Shown here: positions 1-11,431 of the stretch, one piece after another
How the letters are laid out: every line of letters begins with the position of its first letter
Position numbering within the stretch: the stretch's first letter is position 1
Origin: Bacteroidales bacterium
Lineage (GTDB): Bacteria; Bacteroidota; Bacteroidia; Bacteroidales; JAADJA01
Length of the DNA: 64,000 nucleotides
NCBI GenBank assembly: GCA_041393255.1
Contig: JAWKKM010000025.1
Coordinates: 6,850 to 70,849 of the forward strand
Reading direction: 5' to 3'
Made by a program: the position numbers and the translations under genes
Notes under the pieces: model-generated
The model's input: only the letters and a program-made list of their open reading frames with translations
Database searches by the model: none
What the model was told of the DNA's origin: nothing

Positions 1-59
1 GCAAATGTGCATAGAAATAAAATCAAAAAAACTGTGGAAATGGTAATGATTTTCTTCAT
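1..59 (-). CDS. partial CDS (5' end only) with a signal-peptide-like N-terminus; the gene runs off the left edge
   Basis: The reverse complement of 1-59 reads ATG AAG AAA ATC ATT ACC ... = MKKIITISTVFLILFLCTF. The only support is the hydrophobic-leader pattern. Confidence 0.25.
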   Translation of the reverse strand, partial: MKKIITISTVFLILFLCTF

Positions 60-472
60 AATTATATAGTTTATTTTTTTTCTTTATTTCAAATCAACAA
101 TCAAAAAACTCCCCATAAAATTTGATTGTGGTCACAAAGTTAGTTTGTAAATATTCGATTTCCAAATTTAAATAAAAATTAATTTACGCAAATGTTTTTA
201 TAATTAATCATTGAATGAATGTTTGAAATTGCGAATAATTCATTTTAGCCACCAAGACAGAGAGTTAAAAAGCAGCATACTGCTTTGATCGTGCGAATAT
301 AAACAAACCGGTTAATTATTAGCACCCTGGAGACTTTGTGGCATTATAATTTTAAGTTCATGAATCGCTTTCGTCAACAAAAAGATAATAAAAGAATAAT
401 TCACCTTTTATTGATCACTATTACTAATTTTGCTTTTTAATCCAATAAGATTTATATGCGATACTCCAAAAT

Positions 473-1288
473 ATGATTCAAAAAAGTAAATTAACCACAA
501 AGAAAAGCGCTAAAAGCATTAGGCCTCCAGCACCCAAAAAAGTAAAGACTGTCAACAAGGATGGACAGGAGAACCTGATCCGTTTAAACAAGTACATTGC
601 CAATGCAGGAATATGTTCCAGACGTGAAGCGGATGAACTGATCCAGTCAGGTGTTATCAAGGTAAACGGTTTAATTGTTAAAGAATTGGGTACAAAAGTA
701 AAGCCAGATGACAAAGTTCAGTACGGAGATGAAACCCTGAAAAGGGAAAAAAAATATTATGTATTACTCAATAAACCCAAAGGATTTATTACAACAACCG
801 ATGATCCATATGATCGAAAAACAGTAATGTCCCTTGTAAGCAATGCATGCAATGAAAGGATTTATCCGGTCGGAAGGCTTGACAAGAATACTACCGGGCT
901 GCTTCTTTTTACAAATGACGGAGAACTTGCCAAAAAGCTGACCCACCCCAAACACGAAACTAAAAAAATATATCATGTTGTTCTCGACAAAAACCTAAAA
1001 ATGGCTGATTTTAATCAAATTTTAGAGGGCATCACCTTAGAGGATGGATTTATTAAAGTGGATAAGCTGGCATACATAACCGGTAGCGATAGTAAAAAGG
1101 AGGTTGGAGTCGAATTGCATTCAGGTAAAAACAGGATTATCAGGCGCATTTTTGAAGCATTGGACTACAAAGTGATTAAACTCGACAGGGTTTCTTTTTC
1201 AGGCCTCACGAAAAAAGATATACCAAGAGGTTCATGGCGATTCCTTACAAAGCAAGAAGTAGGATTCTTACAAATGCAGGGGCAGTAG
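473..1288 (+). CDS. rluB: pseudouridine synthase, RsuA/RluB family
   Basis: 271-aa ORF. It has an S4 RNA-binding motif (LNKYIANAGICSRREADELIQSGVIKVNG) followed by the catalytic motif PVGRLDKNTTGLLLFTNDGELAKKLTHP. There is a Lys-rich N-terminal extension. The subfamily (RluB versus other RsuA-type) is not certain. Confidence 0.85.
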   Translation: MIQKSKLTTKKSAKSIRPPAPKKVKTVNKDGQENLIRLNKYIANAGICSRREADELIQSGVIKVNGLIVKELGTKVKPDDKVQYGDETLKREKKYYVLLNKPKGFITTTDDPYDRKTVMSLVSNACNERIYPVGRLDKNTTGLLLFTNDGELAKKLTHPKHETKKIYHVVLDKNLKMADFNQILEGITLEDGFIKVDKLAYITGSDSKKEVGVELHSGKNRIIRRIFEALDYKVIKLDRVSFSGLTKKDIPRGSWRFLTKQEVGFLQMQGQ

Positions 1289-1421
1289 ATATTCCTTAAC
1301 ACATTTCTTTTCAATAATTTAAAATCAATATAAATTATTTTCAACTAATGATAATTCCGGATTTTAAAATACTTTTGCAAAAAAATGTCAGTCTATAAAT
1401 CTAATCTTTAAGGAGGTAATC

Positions 1422-2059
1422 ATGTCTAAAAAAATTTATCTGTTATTTATAATTGTTGCAATTATTGTATCCTGCAACAATTCGCAAAACAACCAGCCTG
1501 CCGAAACATCCGATCAGGAAGTTGTTGAAGAGAGTGTTATTCTTACAATCAATGATTTTGATGCCAGTGCAGTTGATTATGTTGGCAAAGAAGTTCAAAT
1601 TGCCGGCTTGGTAAACCACGCATGTAAACATGGAGGAAAAGAATGTTCCTCATTGATCCTGAAACAGAAATTACAGTCAAAATTGAGGCCAGTGAACAAG
1701 TTCCAAGTTTTGATGCAGAGTTAGAGGGATCTGAAGTTCTTGTAACAGGAATTGTCAGCGAATTGATCATTGATGAAGCCTATTTGCTACAGTGGGAACA
1801 AGAAATTAAAGAGGAGTTGGAAAACCCGACAGAACCGGAAGCCGATCATGCAGAAGGAGAGCAAGGACATGAAGAAGGAGAACACGAACATGCCAGCAGC
1901 GGATTGGGTGAAAAAGCCGATCAGGGTGAACATAAAGACCCGTTTGAAACAATTAATAATTACCGGAATGAAATCAAAGAAAGTGGTACTGACCATCTCG
2001 CATTCTATTCTATAGTATGTATTTCTTTTGAAATAATTCCACCGACAGCGGCTGAATAA
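1422..2059 (+). pseudogene. lipoprotein with a His/Glu-rich C-terminal tail, read across one frameshift
   Basis: ORF 1422-1724 has a lipobox-like IIVAIIVSCNN. ORF 1643-2059 overlaps it in a different frame. Joining them at the A-run near 1636-1642 gives ...NHACKHGGK(R)MFLIDPETE.... The tail reads HAEGEQGHEEGEHEH. Confidence 0.55.
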
Positions 2060-2076
2060 TAAAATAATTTCAAAGT

Positions 2077-2108
2077 AAAAAGGTCTGGAATATCCAGACC
2101 TTTTTTAT
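2077..2108 (+). terminator. rho-independent terminator
   Basis: Stem GGTCTGG (2082-2088), loop AATAT, stem CCAGACC (2094-2100), then TTTTTTATTTTT. An A-run lies upstream of the stem. Confidence 0.75.
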
Positions 2109-2136
2109 TTTTGCCGTTTTCTAAACTGAAAATAAT

Positions 2137-2889
2137 ATGCAATTTAAATGGCGTAAGTGGAACCGGGCGGTTCATCGTGATCTCGGATATATTTTTTTCG
2201 CTTTAACAATCGTTTACGGGCTTTCAGGTATAGCGATCAATCACCTCCACGACTGGAATCCAAACTACATAATTTCTGTTGATGAATTTCAGGCTGACAT
2301 TTCATCCGATAAATCCCAGATCAGCAAGCAAGATGTGATTCGTGTTTTAAGTGAGCTGGATGAAGAAGACAATTACAAAAATCATTATTTCCCGGGAAAC
2401 GAGCAACTTAAAGTATTTATTGATGGAGGGAATGTAATCATTGACCTGGAAACGGGGACAGGAATTGTGGAAAAAATAAAAAGGAGGCCGGTCTTCAAAT
2501 TATTCAACGATTTGCATTACAACCCCGGTAAATGGTGGACCTGGTTTTCCGATGCCTATGCAATCGCATTATTATTGATCGCAGTTTCGGGCTTGTTTAT
2601 CCTAAAAGGGAGCAAAGGAATAACAGCAAGGGGAGGATGGCTGACCCTTCTGGGAATTGTTTTGCCGATAATTCTGTTTTATCAATCCGGTGGTTCTTTT
2701 TTCTTCAGATTGAATATTTTTATGCAAATTATTAGCTTTTTCATACTGTATTTTGTTTCGCTGATAATATCTGAAACGTTGGGTAAAAAAAGCCGGCTTG
2801 GCATAGAATGGTCCTTTTTCCTGAGTATGATACTGACACCCGTTATAGCCATAATTCCCATATACCTCTTAAAGAAAAACAATTCCTGA
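2137..2889 (+). CDS. PepSY-associated TM-helix family membrane protein
   Basis: The N-terminus WRKWNRAVHRDLGYIFFALTIVYGLSGIAINH fits the PepSY_TM pattern. Several predicted TM helices follow. Confidence 0.65.
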   Translation: MQFKWRKWNRAVHRDLGYIFFALTIVYGLSGIAINHLHDWNPNYIISVDEFQADISSDKSQISKQDVIRVLSELDEEDNYKNHYFPGNEQLKVFIDGGNVIIDLETGTGIVEKIKRRPVFKLFNDLHYNPGKWWTWFSDAYAIALLLIAVSGLFILKGSKGITARGGWLTLLGIVLPIILFYQSGGSFFFRLNIFMQIISFFILYFVSLIISETLGKKSRLGIEWSFFLSMILTPVIAIIPIYLLKKNNS

Positions 2890-3128
2890 TTGTTTTTCTT
2901 GATTTGATAAAAAAAGTTTTTTTTATTCGAATTATTTTTTAACTTGCAGCCAAATAATACAACAAATAGAGGCAATTTACATTCCCGATACATCCTCATT
3001 TAGCTATGGATCAGCACTTTGCAAGTGATAGGAGTGTAAAACAAATCAAGGTAAGTGTAAAATAATTTAGATTCATTAAGAATCATTGCATTGCTATGTA
3101 ATGCAGTTTTTTTAATCCGGACATAATT

Positions 3129-6100
3129 ATGTCGTTAAAGGATATTGAGGACAACCGTTTAGAAAAACGGAAAAAAGATGGGAGTCAAAATCAATTGGAA
3201 TCAGGCCAAAACAATAACCGGCCGGATAAAGAATTGTTGTGGGAACAGTGCAATTTTTTATGAAGACATTTTTGCACGCGCTCCCCAAATCTTTTATTTC
3301 CATCTATAACCAGGCAGGCAAACACATTGAAGTTTGGGGAAATGCAGACATCAAAAACCTCTATGGCCTCATTCCTGGCAACGTAAAAGGGAAATTGCTG
3401 GAAGATGTTTTTTCGAAAAAAAATGCCACTGAAATCAAAAACCAAATCAACCTTGTTTTTGAGCAGAAAAAATCCAATAACCTTAGATTGTATGTGCAGT
3501 TTCCAAAAGGTAGCTTTTGGATTGAAACTTCATTGATTCCATTATTTGGAAACCAGCAGGAAGTTACAGCAGTAATCGGGTTTTTTAAGGATGTGAGTGA
3601 CAGAGTTAAGCGTGAAAAGGAACTCATTGAATCGAAGGAGAAATACAGAAACCTGATAGAACTGGCCCCTGAAGGAATAATCATTGTTAACCTAAGAGGC
3701 ATCATTACTTCTGTAAACACGACCCTGTTAGAAATGACAGGGATCAGGGAGTCAGATTTTATTGGAAAGAAATTAACCCACATACCCGGCCTTCAAGTTG
3801 AATACCTTCCCTATTTCCACGAGCTTACCCAAACCATTATAGAGGACGGGATACCCGGTTCCTTTGAGTTTGAATGGAAAGACAGGAATGGGGAGGATCA
3901 TGTGGAACGAAATTCAAACAAGCCCTGTCAGGAAGCACAACAAACTACTCGGCTTTCAATTTTGTTTAATGATATTACAGAGCGAAAACTAATTCAGAAA
4001 GACTTTTATTATTAAAAAGTAAACAGGCTTATAAAATCATTTTTGAAAATGCCAACAAAGTGTCTTTGTGTTACAAGATGGAAACATCCGTTTTTGCAAC
4101 TCTCAAATGCTTGAAATAACAAGCGGCAGCATGAATGCCTTAATGAAAATGCCTTTTGTTGACATGGTTCACATGCAAGACCGAGCTTTTCGATAGTATC
4201 ATGACAGATGTTTATCCGGTAAGGAAAACCTGCAAACCATGAAATAAGGATCGTTGACACCCGGGGTTTCGAGATGGATTGAAAACAATGCTGTTTTTGA
4301 TTGATTGGGAGGGACTTCCTGCATTACTATGCTTTGCTGAAGAAATTACCGAAAAAAGGATTTCAAAAGGAAAAAGAAGAGAAAAAACATTTGGCCAACC
4401 TGAAATTACTATCGGAAAAAGCCATTGAATTTATTGAGCTTGATGACCAAAACTGGCAACTTTTTCAGTTTATAGGCAAAAAATAGGAGAACTTGTCGAA
4501 GATTCGATCGTTATGATGGTTTTCTACAGTTATCCTATCCGTTACGAAAATTGAACATATTGAGAGCACCGGTGAACAGAAAAAAAAGTTTACTGAAAAT
4601 TCTTCAAAACAAAAGTGGAAAATACAACATTACACTTAATCATGAACTTATCAAAAACTTGTCGTATGGAAAACTAACTAAATACAACGATGGTTTGTTT
4701 GAGCTTGGTTATAATCTCTTCCCAAAAAACAGTTATACACTCATTCAACAATTGCTTCTTATTGGAGTATATACCTGATTGGGTTGGCCTGGGAAGGTAT
4801 TATGTTGGGAATGCGTTGATCTTTTTACCAAAAACAAGAAAATCAAAAACCCAGAGCAATTGAAACCATTGCTAAATTGGGTTCATTCGCCCTTCAAAAT
4901 AAAAAAACAGAAATAGACCTTCGCGCAGCGAAGAAAAATACAAAAGAATTTTTGATGCCTATCAGGATGTTTATTTCCAGGCGGATATTGATGGGACACT
5001 TTTGGAAATCCAGTCCTTCCGTTCTTCAAATTGCCGGATACCTTTCGGAAGAGAGCTTCAAAGGACGATCTATTGTAGATTTCTTTTCCAATCGAAAAAC
5101 CCATTTGAGCATTGCCAAAAAACTTTTAAACAGAGCCTGAAAATGGGATATTCAGTTGATTGTAAAAGACGGAAGAACGATGAGAAACCTCTTTAAATGC
5201 AAAACTAATTCTTGATGCAAGGGGAAATCCGATGGGTTTTGAAGGTGTAATCAGGGACATCAGTGAGCGAAAAAGAGCCGAAAGGGATTTCAGAAAAAGC
5301 GAAGAAAAATTCAAAATGCTCGCCGACTATACTTATGACTGGGAATATTGGATTTCACCGGATGATACAATCATTTACATCTCTCCCTCATGCGAAAGAA
5401 TTTCCGGTTATTCACCGATTGAATTTGAACGAGATCCCAATTTATTACAAGCCATAACGCTTCCTGAAGATCTGCCTGTATTTAACAAGCATATCAAAGA
5501 AATTGGTTCGGATAATTCATTGGTGAAATTTTCGTACAGGATAAAGACCAAAGACAACCAAATAAAATGGATTGATCACACCAGCCAGAGAGTTTACAAC
5601 CATGAGGGCAAATACTTGGGAAAGAGGGCAACCAATATAGATATTACCGACCAGAAAAAGGCAGAAGAAGATTTACGAAACAGTGAAGAAAGGTTTAGGA
5701 CCTTGTTCTTCGAGTCGCCAGATGCCATATTTGTTGAGGATTACGATGGTAATGTTTTGGATGCAAACCCGGCAGCCAGCTTACTGCATAAAATGGACAG
5801 GGAAGACTTGGTCGGTAAAAACATCGTTGACCTGGTTCCAAAATCACACCGGGACAAAGTCGCAAAAGAGTTTCCCAATTGGATCACAGGAGAGTTGGTT
5901 GACCATAGAGGTTTTGCCAAAACATCATTGGGAGAATGCATTCCGATTGAAATTCACTGCAGTAAAATAAAATACTCGGGGAATAATGCCTTATTGTTTA
6001 TTACCCGCGACATAACGAAAATAAAGGAATCGGAAGACAAATTGCGTGAGGCAGCTGAAAAAGCGGAAGAAGCTGACATGCTTAAATCTGTTTTCCTTGC

Positions 6101-7194
6101 CAATATGTCTCACGAAATAAGAACCCCCATGAATGCAATCATAGGGTTCTCTGAAATACTCTCTGACCAGGAATTGACAAAAAAAGAGCGTCAGGAGTTC
6201 ATCAATTATATCACTCAGGGGAGTAACACCCTGATGAATCTGATTGAAGACATCATTGACATTACAAAGATAGAGGCTGGCCAAATTAAAATCAATATTG
6301 CCGATTGCGATGTTGATAAACTGATGGATGAACTTTATGCCACATTCCTGAAAATGAAAAATAAGAACGGGAAACAAAATATTGAACTGCGCCTCAATAA
6401 GCCGCTTGTAAAAGAAGGCTTTTCAATTCCAACCGATCCCAGCAGGATCCGGCAAATTTTATCGAACCTCCTTGGCAATGCACTTAAATTTACGGATGAA
6501 GGGTTCATTGAATTTGGATTTACCCTTGATAATGATGACATGGTGAAATTCTATGTAAAAGATACCGGCATCGGAATACCCAAAGAAAAACAAGAATTGA
6601 TATTTGAACGATTTGGACAGATTGAAGATTTGGAAGGACGAGAACGTAAAGGAACCGGACTGGGGCTTTCAATTTCTAAAAAACTTGCTGAGTTATTGGG
6701 CGGATCATTATATGTATCCTCTGAAGCGGGCGAAGGCTCTGTTTTCTATTTGTCATTGCCGGTGAAAAGAGATTATACCCATAAAGATGTCATCGAAAAA
6801 CACACATCAAAACTCCCCGTTGACTGGAGTGACAAATTGTTCCTGATAGCTGAAGACTCCATATTAAATTACACTTACCTTGAGGCCCTTTTCCAAAAAA
6901 CAAAAGTTAAACTGCTTTGGGCAAAAGATGGAAAAGAAGCCGTTAACCTTTGTCTTGAGCATGAAGAAATAAGACCTTGAGTACTAATGGATATCAAAAT
7001 GCCGGTGATGAGTGGGCTTGAAGCCATTACAGAGATCAAAAAATTCAGAAAAGACTTGCCGATTGTTGTTCAAACGGCCTATGCCATGCCCGAAGACAGG
7101 GATCGCAGCCTTGAAGCCGGGGGCGATAGAACACCTCACAAAACCCATAAACCCTGATGAATTATTCTCAACCATCAACCGTTTCCTGAATTAA
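3129..7194 (+). pseudogene. multi-PAS hybrid sensor histidine kinase / response regulator, heavily frame-disrupted
   Basis: Pieces lie in all three + frames. 3129-3262 reads MSLKDIEDNRLEKRK..., and 3239-4015 is a PAS domain ending DITERK. 4016-5231 holds degraded PAS text (..IDWEGLPALLCFAEEITEKR.., ..FDAYQDVYFQADIDGTLLEI..). 5232-6980 is intact, with PAS domains, HisKA SHEIRTPMNAI, HATPase motifs NLLGNALKFT / DTGIGIP / GTGLGLSISKKL, and the receiver start LFLIAEDS. An in-frame TGA sits at 6978-6980. The receiver then continues VLMDIKMPVMSGLEAITEIKKF...AYAMPEDRDRSLEAGGD and shifts frame to ..HLTKPINPDELFSTINRFLN (stop 7192-7194). Confidence 0.85.
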
Positions 7195-7263
7195 CCTTTC
7201 TTAATTATTTCCTGCATTTTATAGTTTCCTTTTAAATTCATAATTTTGAGAAAAATTCAGACG

Positions 7264-9813
7264 ATGAAAAAACGCCTTCCTTTATTTGTATTGATTTCAT
7301 TAAGTTTAGCCTTCGCTGCATATTTCATTTCCTATGAAGAAATTAAGCTTGAGAATCCGGAAAATAACCTTCCCAATGATTGGTTTTTTAAACAGCGTGC
7401 TTACCCAACCGGTGAAATTAATCAACCAGTTTACCTGGCTTCCTTAAAACAATCTCAGGAATTTCGAAATCAGGCCTATGGATCAAAAGATTCATCTTTT
7501 TGGGAATTTGCCGGACCTTTAAATACAGGGGGAAGATTATCAGATGTAGAAATGCATCCTTCGAGTATGAATGTGATTTACATTGGAGCAGCATCGGGCG
7601 GTGTATTCAAAACAACAAATGCGGGCCTTTCATGGGATCCCATCTTTGACGATGCTTTGAGCCTTTCCATAGGAGACATTGCCATTGCCCCTTCTGATCC
7701 TCTAACAGTGTATGTGGGAACCGGTGAAGCCAACGCAGGTGGCGGTTCGCAAACTTATGACGGCGTAGGTATTTACAAATCTATTGATGGAGGGGATTCC
7801 TGGAATTATTCGGGATTGGAAGATAGCCGAAATATTGGAAGAATGGTTGTCCACCCAACCAATCCCGATGTTGTATATGCTGCCGCCATGGGTAATTTAT
7901 TTGCTGAAAATCCGGAAAGGGGAATTTACAAAACCATGAATGGAGGCCAAAATTGGGAGAACATTTTGTATGTATCCGATTCAACAGGAGGAATTGATAT
8001 AGTTATTCATCCAACACACCCCGATACACTTTATGCAGCCCTATGGGAAAGGGTGCGAAGGCCAAACAGAAGAAGCTACGGTGGTTGGACTTGTGGTATT
8101 TACAGAACCTACAATGGAGGTATCACCTGGGATGAACTGACAGATGGATTACCCTCTCCCGGATCGAATGTGGGAAGGATAGGGATTGATATTTCAAAAT
8201 CTGACCCTTCAATTCTTTATGCAATTTATGCAGATAAAACAGGCTACTTCGAAGGAGTTTATAAAACTGAAAACAATGGGGATTCATGGACGCAAACAAA
8301 CGACGGATCATTATCCGGTTCCTATCAATCCTACGGGTGGTGGTTTGGAAGAATTGTCGTTGACCCTGTAAATCCTGATAGAGCATTTGTAATCGGGTTT
8401 GATCTTTACCGGACCACCAATGGCGGAAATTCATGGTCGAACGTTTCGCAAGCCACAGTCCATGTTGACCAGCATGGCTTGTACATTCATCCTGAGAATA
8501 ACAATTTTGTTATCCTTGCAAATGATGGAGGATTTTATGTGTCTCAAAACGGAGGAAGTAGCTGGAATTGGATCAACATTTTGCCGATCACTCAATTCTA
8601 TACGTGTGAAGTGGATGAACAATTTCCTGAACGACTTTATGGAGGAACCCAGGATAATGGGACCAATCGGACAATGACCGGAAACCTTGACGATTGGGAA
8701 AACATATATGGCGGGGATGGATTTTACGTGCTGGTCGATCCCCAAGACAACAATTATATGTATGCCGAGTATCAATACGGAAACTTTGCGCGGTCAACCA
8801 ATGGTGGAGACTCTTTCTATACTGCCATGAGTGGAATCAGTTCATCTGACCGGATGAACTGGTGTACACCCGTTGTTATGGATCCAAGCAATCCGGGGAT
8901 TTTGTACTATGGATCACACAGAATGTACAGATCCACCAACAGGGCCCAGTCATGGTCACCAATAAGTACCGATCTTACAAATGGGCCAGGAATAAATCTT
9001 ACATACGGAACCATAACGACAATTTCCGTTTCCCCTGTTGACCCCGAAATTGTTTATGTGGGTACAGACGACGGAAACGTTTGGATAAGTGCTACAAATG
9101 GTATGGGTTGGGAATACCTGTCGGCAAACTTACCCAATCGCTGGGTTACAAGAGTGGCAGCCGATCCTTTTGATGAGAACACGGCATACGTAACATTTTC
9201 GGGATACCGCTTTGATGATTATTTACCCCACGTTTTCAGAACAACCGATAAAGGTCAAAACTGGGAAGATATATCAGGAAACCTGCCTGAATCGCCCATC
9301 AATGATATCATTATTGACCCTGCAAACAATCATACCCTATATATTGCAACGGATGTGGGTGTATTTGTCACCGAAGACATTGGACAAAACTGGGAGATGC
9401 TGGGATACAATCTTCCCAACATTCCTGTGAATGATTTAAGGCTCCACAATGGGTCAAGAAGCCTTTTGGCAGCAACCTTCGGAAGGTCGATGTATAAATA
9501 TGACCTCTACCAGGATACTGTTGCAACCCGAATTGATGAAAGGGATGAAGGCTTTGAAATATTGACACTGGATGCTTTTCCAAATCCTTTCCACAGAATA
9601 TTAAACATTGAAGTCAATATTGAACTTGAGCAGGAAGGGCTTGTTGAAATATATGATTTAAGCGGAAAGAAAACCGCAACCCTATTCAACGGGAGACTCA
9701 ACACAGAACATAACCAGTTTTCATGGAAACCCGGGAACAATTCAATGGGAGCATATATCGTCAGGGTAAAAAGCGGGAACAAAGTTTACAGCAGGAAAGT
9801 AGTCTATAAATAG
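7264..9813 (+). CDS. secreted sortilin/VPS10- or GH74-like BNR (Asp-box) repeat beta-propeller protein with a T9SS C-terminal sorting domain
   Basis: At least 10 Asp-box-like motifs are present (TTNAGLSW, SIDGGDSW, TMNGGQNW, TYNGGITW, TENNGDSW, TTNGGNSW, SQNGGSSW, STNGGDSF, TTDKGQNW, TEDIGQNW). It has a signal peptide and a C-terminus FPNPFHRILNIEV...YIVRVKSGNKVYSRKVVYK. The ORF track starts at TTG 7246; ATG 7264 (MKKRLPLFVLISL) is preferred. Confidence 0.75.
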   Translation: MKKRLPLFVLISLSLAFAAYFISYEEIKLENPENNLPNDWFFKQRAYPTGEINQPVYLASLKQSQEFRNQAYGSKDSSFWEFAGPLNTGGRLSDVEMHPSSMNVIYIGAASGGVFKTTNAGLSWDPIFDDALSLSIGDIAIAPSDPLTVYVGTGEANAGGGSQTYDGVGIYKSIDGGDSWNYSGLEDSRNIGRMVVHPTNPDVVYAAAMGNLFAENPERGIYKTMNGGQNWENILYVSDSTGGIDIVIHPTHPDTLYAALWERVRRPNRRSYGGWTCGIYRTYNGGITWDELTDGLPSPGSNVGRIGIDISKSDPSILYAIYADKTGYFEGVYKTENNGDSWTQTNDGSLSGSYQSYGWWFGRIVVDPVNPDRAFVIGFDLYRTTNGGNSWSNVSQATVHVDQHGLYIHPENNNFVILANDGGFYVSQNGGSSWNWINILPITQFYTCEVDEQFPERLYGGTQDNGTNRTMTGNLDDWENIYGGDGFYVLVDPQDNNYMYAEYQYGNFARSTNGGDSFYTAMSGISSSDRMNWCTPVVMDPSNPGILYYGSHRMYRSTNRAQSWSPISTDLTNGPGINLTYGTITTISVSPVDPEIVYVGTDDGNVWISATNGMGWEYLSANLPNRWVTRVAADPFDENTAYVTFSGYRFDDYLPHVFRTTDKGQNWEDISGNLPESPINDIIIDPANNHTLYIATDVGVFVTEDIGQNWEMLGYNLPNIPVNDLRLHNGSRSLLAATFGRSMYKYDLYQDTVATRIDERDEGFEILTLDAFPNPFHRILNIEVNIELEQEGLVEIYDLSGKKTATLFNGRLNTEHNQFSWKPGNNSMGAYIVRVKSGNKVYSRKVVYK

Positions 9814-9815
9814 CA

Positions 9816-10178
9816 TTAAGTCATAAACTTATTTATAGGCTTTAGTTTTTGTTTGAACCCTTCCTTTTCACAAAACGGACAATATTCCATATCTTCAGAG
9901 AAAACATAGCCACATTTTTCGCACTTATATGTTATTTCTGTGTAGGGATTCATTTTCCGCTCCTGTGAACTTGCTAAAAAGGCAAGGCCCAAAATAGGTG
10001 TTAAGAAAAGACTAAGCAGAAACAAAGTTCGTGTGCCAATTTCACGATTTCTTCCCAATCGCGAAAACAAATAAACTACAATGATATAAAGAACCACTGC
10101 GACAATTAGAAAAATATGTTTCTCCTCCATATACCTCTGAAATACAAATCCAACGATGTGCATAAAAAATATTTGCAA
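9816..10178 (-). CDS. small membrane protein with a C-terminal zinc-ribbon
   Basis: Two hydrophobic helices precede a CxxC...CxxC motif (YKCEKCGYVFSEDMEYCPFCEKEG). The start codon is uncertain because several in-frame Met codons occur. Confidence 0.5.
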   Translation of the reverse strand: MQIFFMHIVGFVFQRYMEEKHIFLIVAVVLYIIVVYLFSRLGRNREIGTRTLFLLSLFLTPILGLAFLASSQERKMNPYTEITYKCEKCGYVFSEDMEYCPFCEKEGFKQKLKPINKFMT

Positions 10179-10212
10179 AAATATTGTTTTACAATAACAA
10201 AACTGCTAAAAT

Positions 10213-11337
10213 TCAAAGAAATAATTCAGAAGCAATTCCATCAGCAAACAACTTACCATAATCTGACAAAGTGAAAATATTCTCCTTCTGAATGATCCTC
10301 CCGTCCTTTATATAAAGATTTACAAATTTCTGAAAATGTCTTGCCGTCTCCATACCAAAGGTTAGAAGGATATAGTCAATATCTGCTCCCCAAAGGGTGC
10401 GCAATGAAGTCATTACATATTCATTATATTGTTGATGGATAGATAAGGATTCCGACTCAAAAGGTAGTTTATCTTTTTGAATGGACTCAGAATATTTTGA
10501 AACACTGGAAACATTCCACTGCCGGGTTGAGCCACTAAAGGAATGAGCTGAGGGCCCCAATCCCAGATACGTCTGCCTGAACCAATAATTCTTGTTATGC
10601 GCCGAAAAAAAAGGCACTTTACAAAAATTCGAAATTTCGTAATGCACAAAATCCTTTTCTATAGCTTTCTTTACCAAAAGCTGAAACTGCGAAACAATGG
10701 TTTGCTCATCAACCGGCTTCATTTTCTTCTTTCGAATCAGAACATCAAGGGCTGTTTTCGGCTCAACCGTAAGTGCGTATGCAGAAAGATGCGGAACATC
10801 AAACGAAAAAAAAGTTTCCAGGTTCGATTGCCAGTCTTCATCAGACATTCCGGGGATGCCATAAATAAGATCAAGGCTGATATTATCAAACCCGACGTGT
10901 TGTGCATTTAAAACAGACAGCCTAGCTTGTTGTGATGAATGGATCCTATTGAGGTAATTTAAATCCTGATCACGAAAGGATTGAATCCCAATACTCAAAC
11001 GGTTGACCGCAGAATTTTTTAACTCTTTGAGTTTTGCCAAATCCAGGTCATCGGGGTTGGCCTCAAGCGTAATCTCCGCTGCTGAATTTATATTAAAAGC
11101 ATTTGATAATGCATCAAATATTCTTTTCAGCTCTTCATTAGAAAGCAATGATGGAGTACCTCCACCGAAATAAATTGTATTTACCTCCTCAGTACCGAGA
11201 TAATCCTTTTGCAATTTGATCTCCTTAAGCAAAGCAACCAAAAATTCATCCCTATGCTTTATCGAAGCCAGCGAATAAAAATTGCAATAATGACATTTTT
11301 GCCTGCAAAATGGAATATGGATGTAAATACCTGCCAT
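10213..11337 (-). CDS. hemW: radical SAM heme chaperone HemW (HemN-like, oxygen-independent coproporphyrinogen oxidase family)
   Basis: 374 aa. The N-terminus MAGIYIHIPFCRQKCHYCNFYS carries the CxxxCxxC radical-SAM motif. Length and GGGTPS motif are typical of HemW. Confidence 0.9.
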   Translation of the reverse strand: MAGIYIHIPFCRQKCHYCNFYSLASIKHRDEFLVALLKEIKLQKDYLGTEEVNTIYFGGGTPSLLSNEELKRIFDALSNAFNINSAAEITLEANPDDLDLAKLKELKNSAVNRLSIGIQSFRDQDLNYLNRIHSSQQARLSVLNAQHVGFDNISLDLIYGIPGMSDEDWQSNLETFFSFDVPHLSAYALTVEPKTALDVLIRKKKMKPVDEQTIVSQFQLLVKKAIEKDFVHYEISNFCKVPFFSAHNKNYWFRQTYLGLGPSAHSFSGSTRQWNVSSVSKYSESIQKDKLPFESESLSIHQQYNEYVMTSLRTLWGADIDYILLTFGMETARHFQKFVNLYIKDGRIIQKENIFTLSDYGKLFADGIASELFL

Positions 11338-11431
11338 TATTATTTTCTTGAATTATTCCCTGCAAAATAAAACAAATTCAATAAAATATGTATTTTTATC
11401 GTTTCGATGTTTGAATTAAAATATACAGCTT

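Noticed and set aside
3006-3113. 19-codon ORF (MDQHFASDRSVKQIKVSVK) followed by a weak hairpin plus T-run, as a possible small gene or sRNA.
   Set aside because: The stem is only 6 bp, nothing can be judged about conservation from this window, and the region may simply be the promoter or leader of the sensor kinase. It is not reported as a feature.
6978-6980. In-frame TGA as evidence for an alternative genetic code or recoding.
   Set aside because: TGA terminates well-delimited genes elsewhere (for example 35513-35515 and 39390-39392). Long ORFs with standard stops fit code 11, and the site lies in a short stretch that also contains a frameshift.
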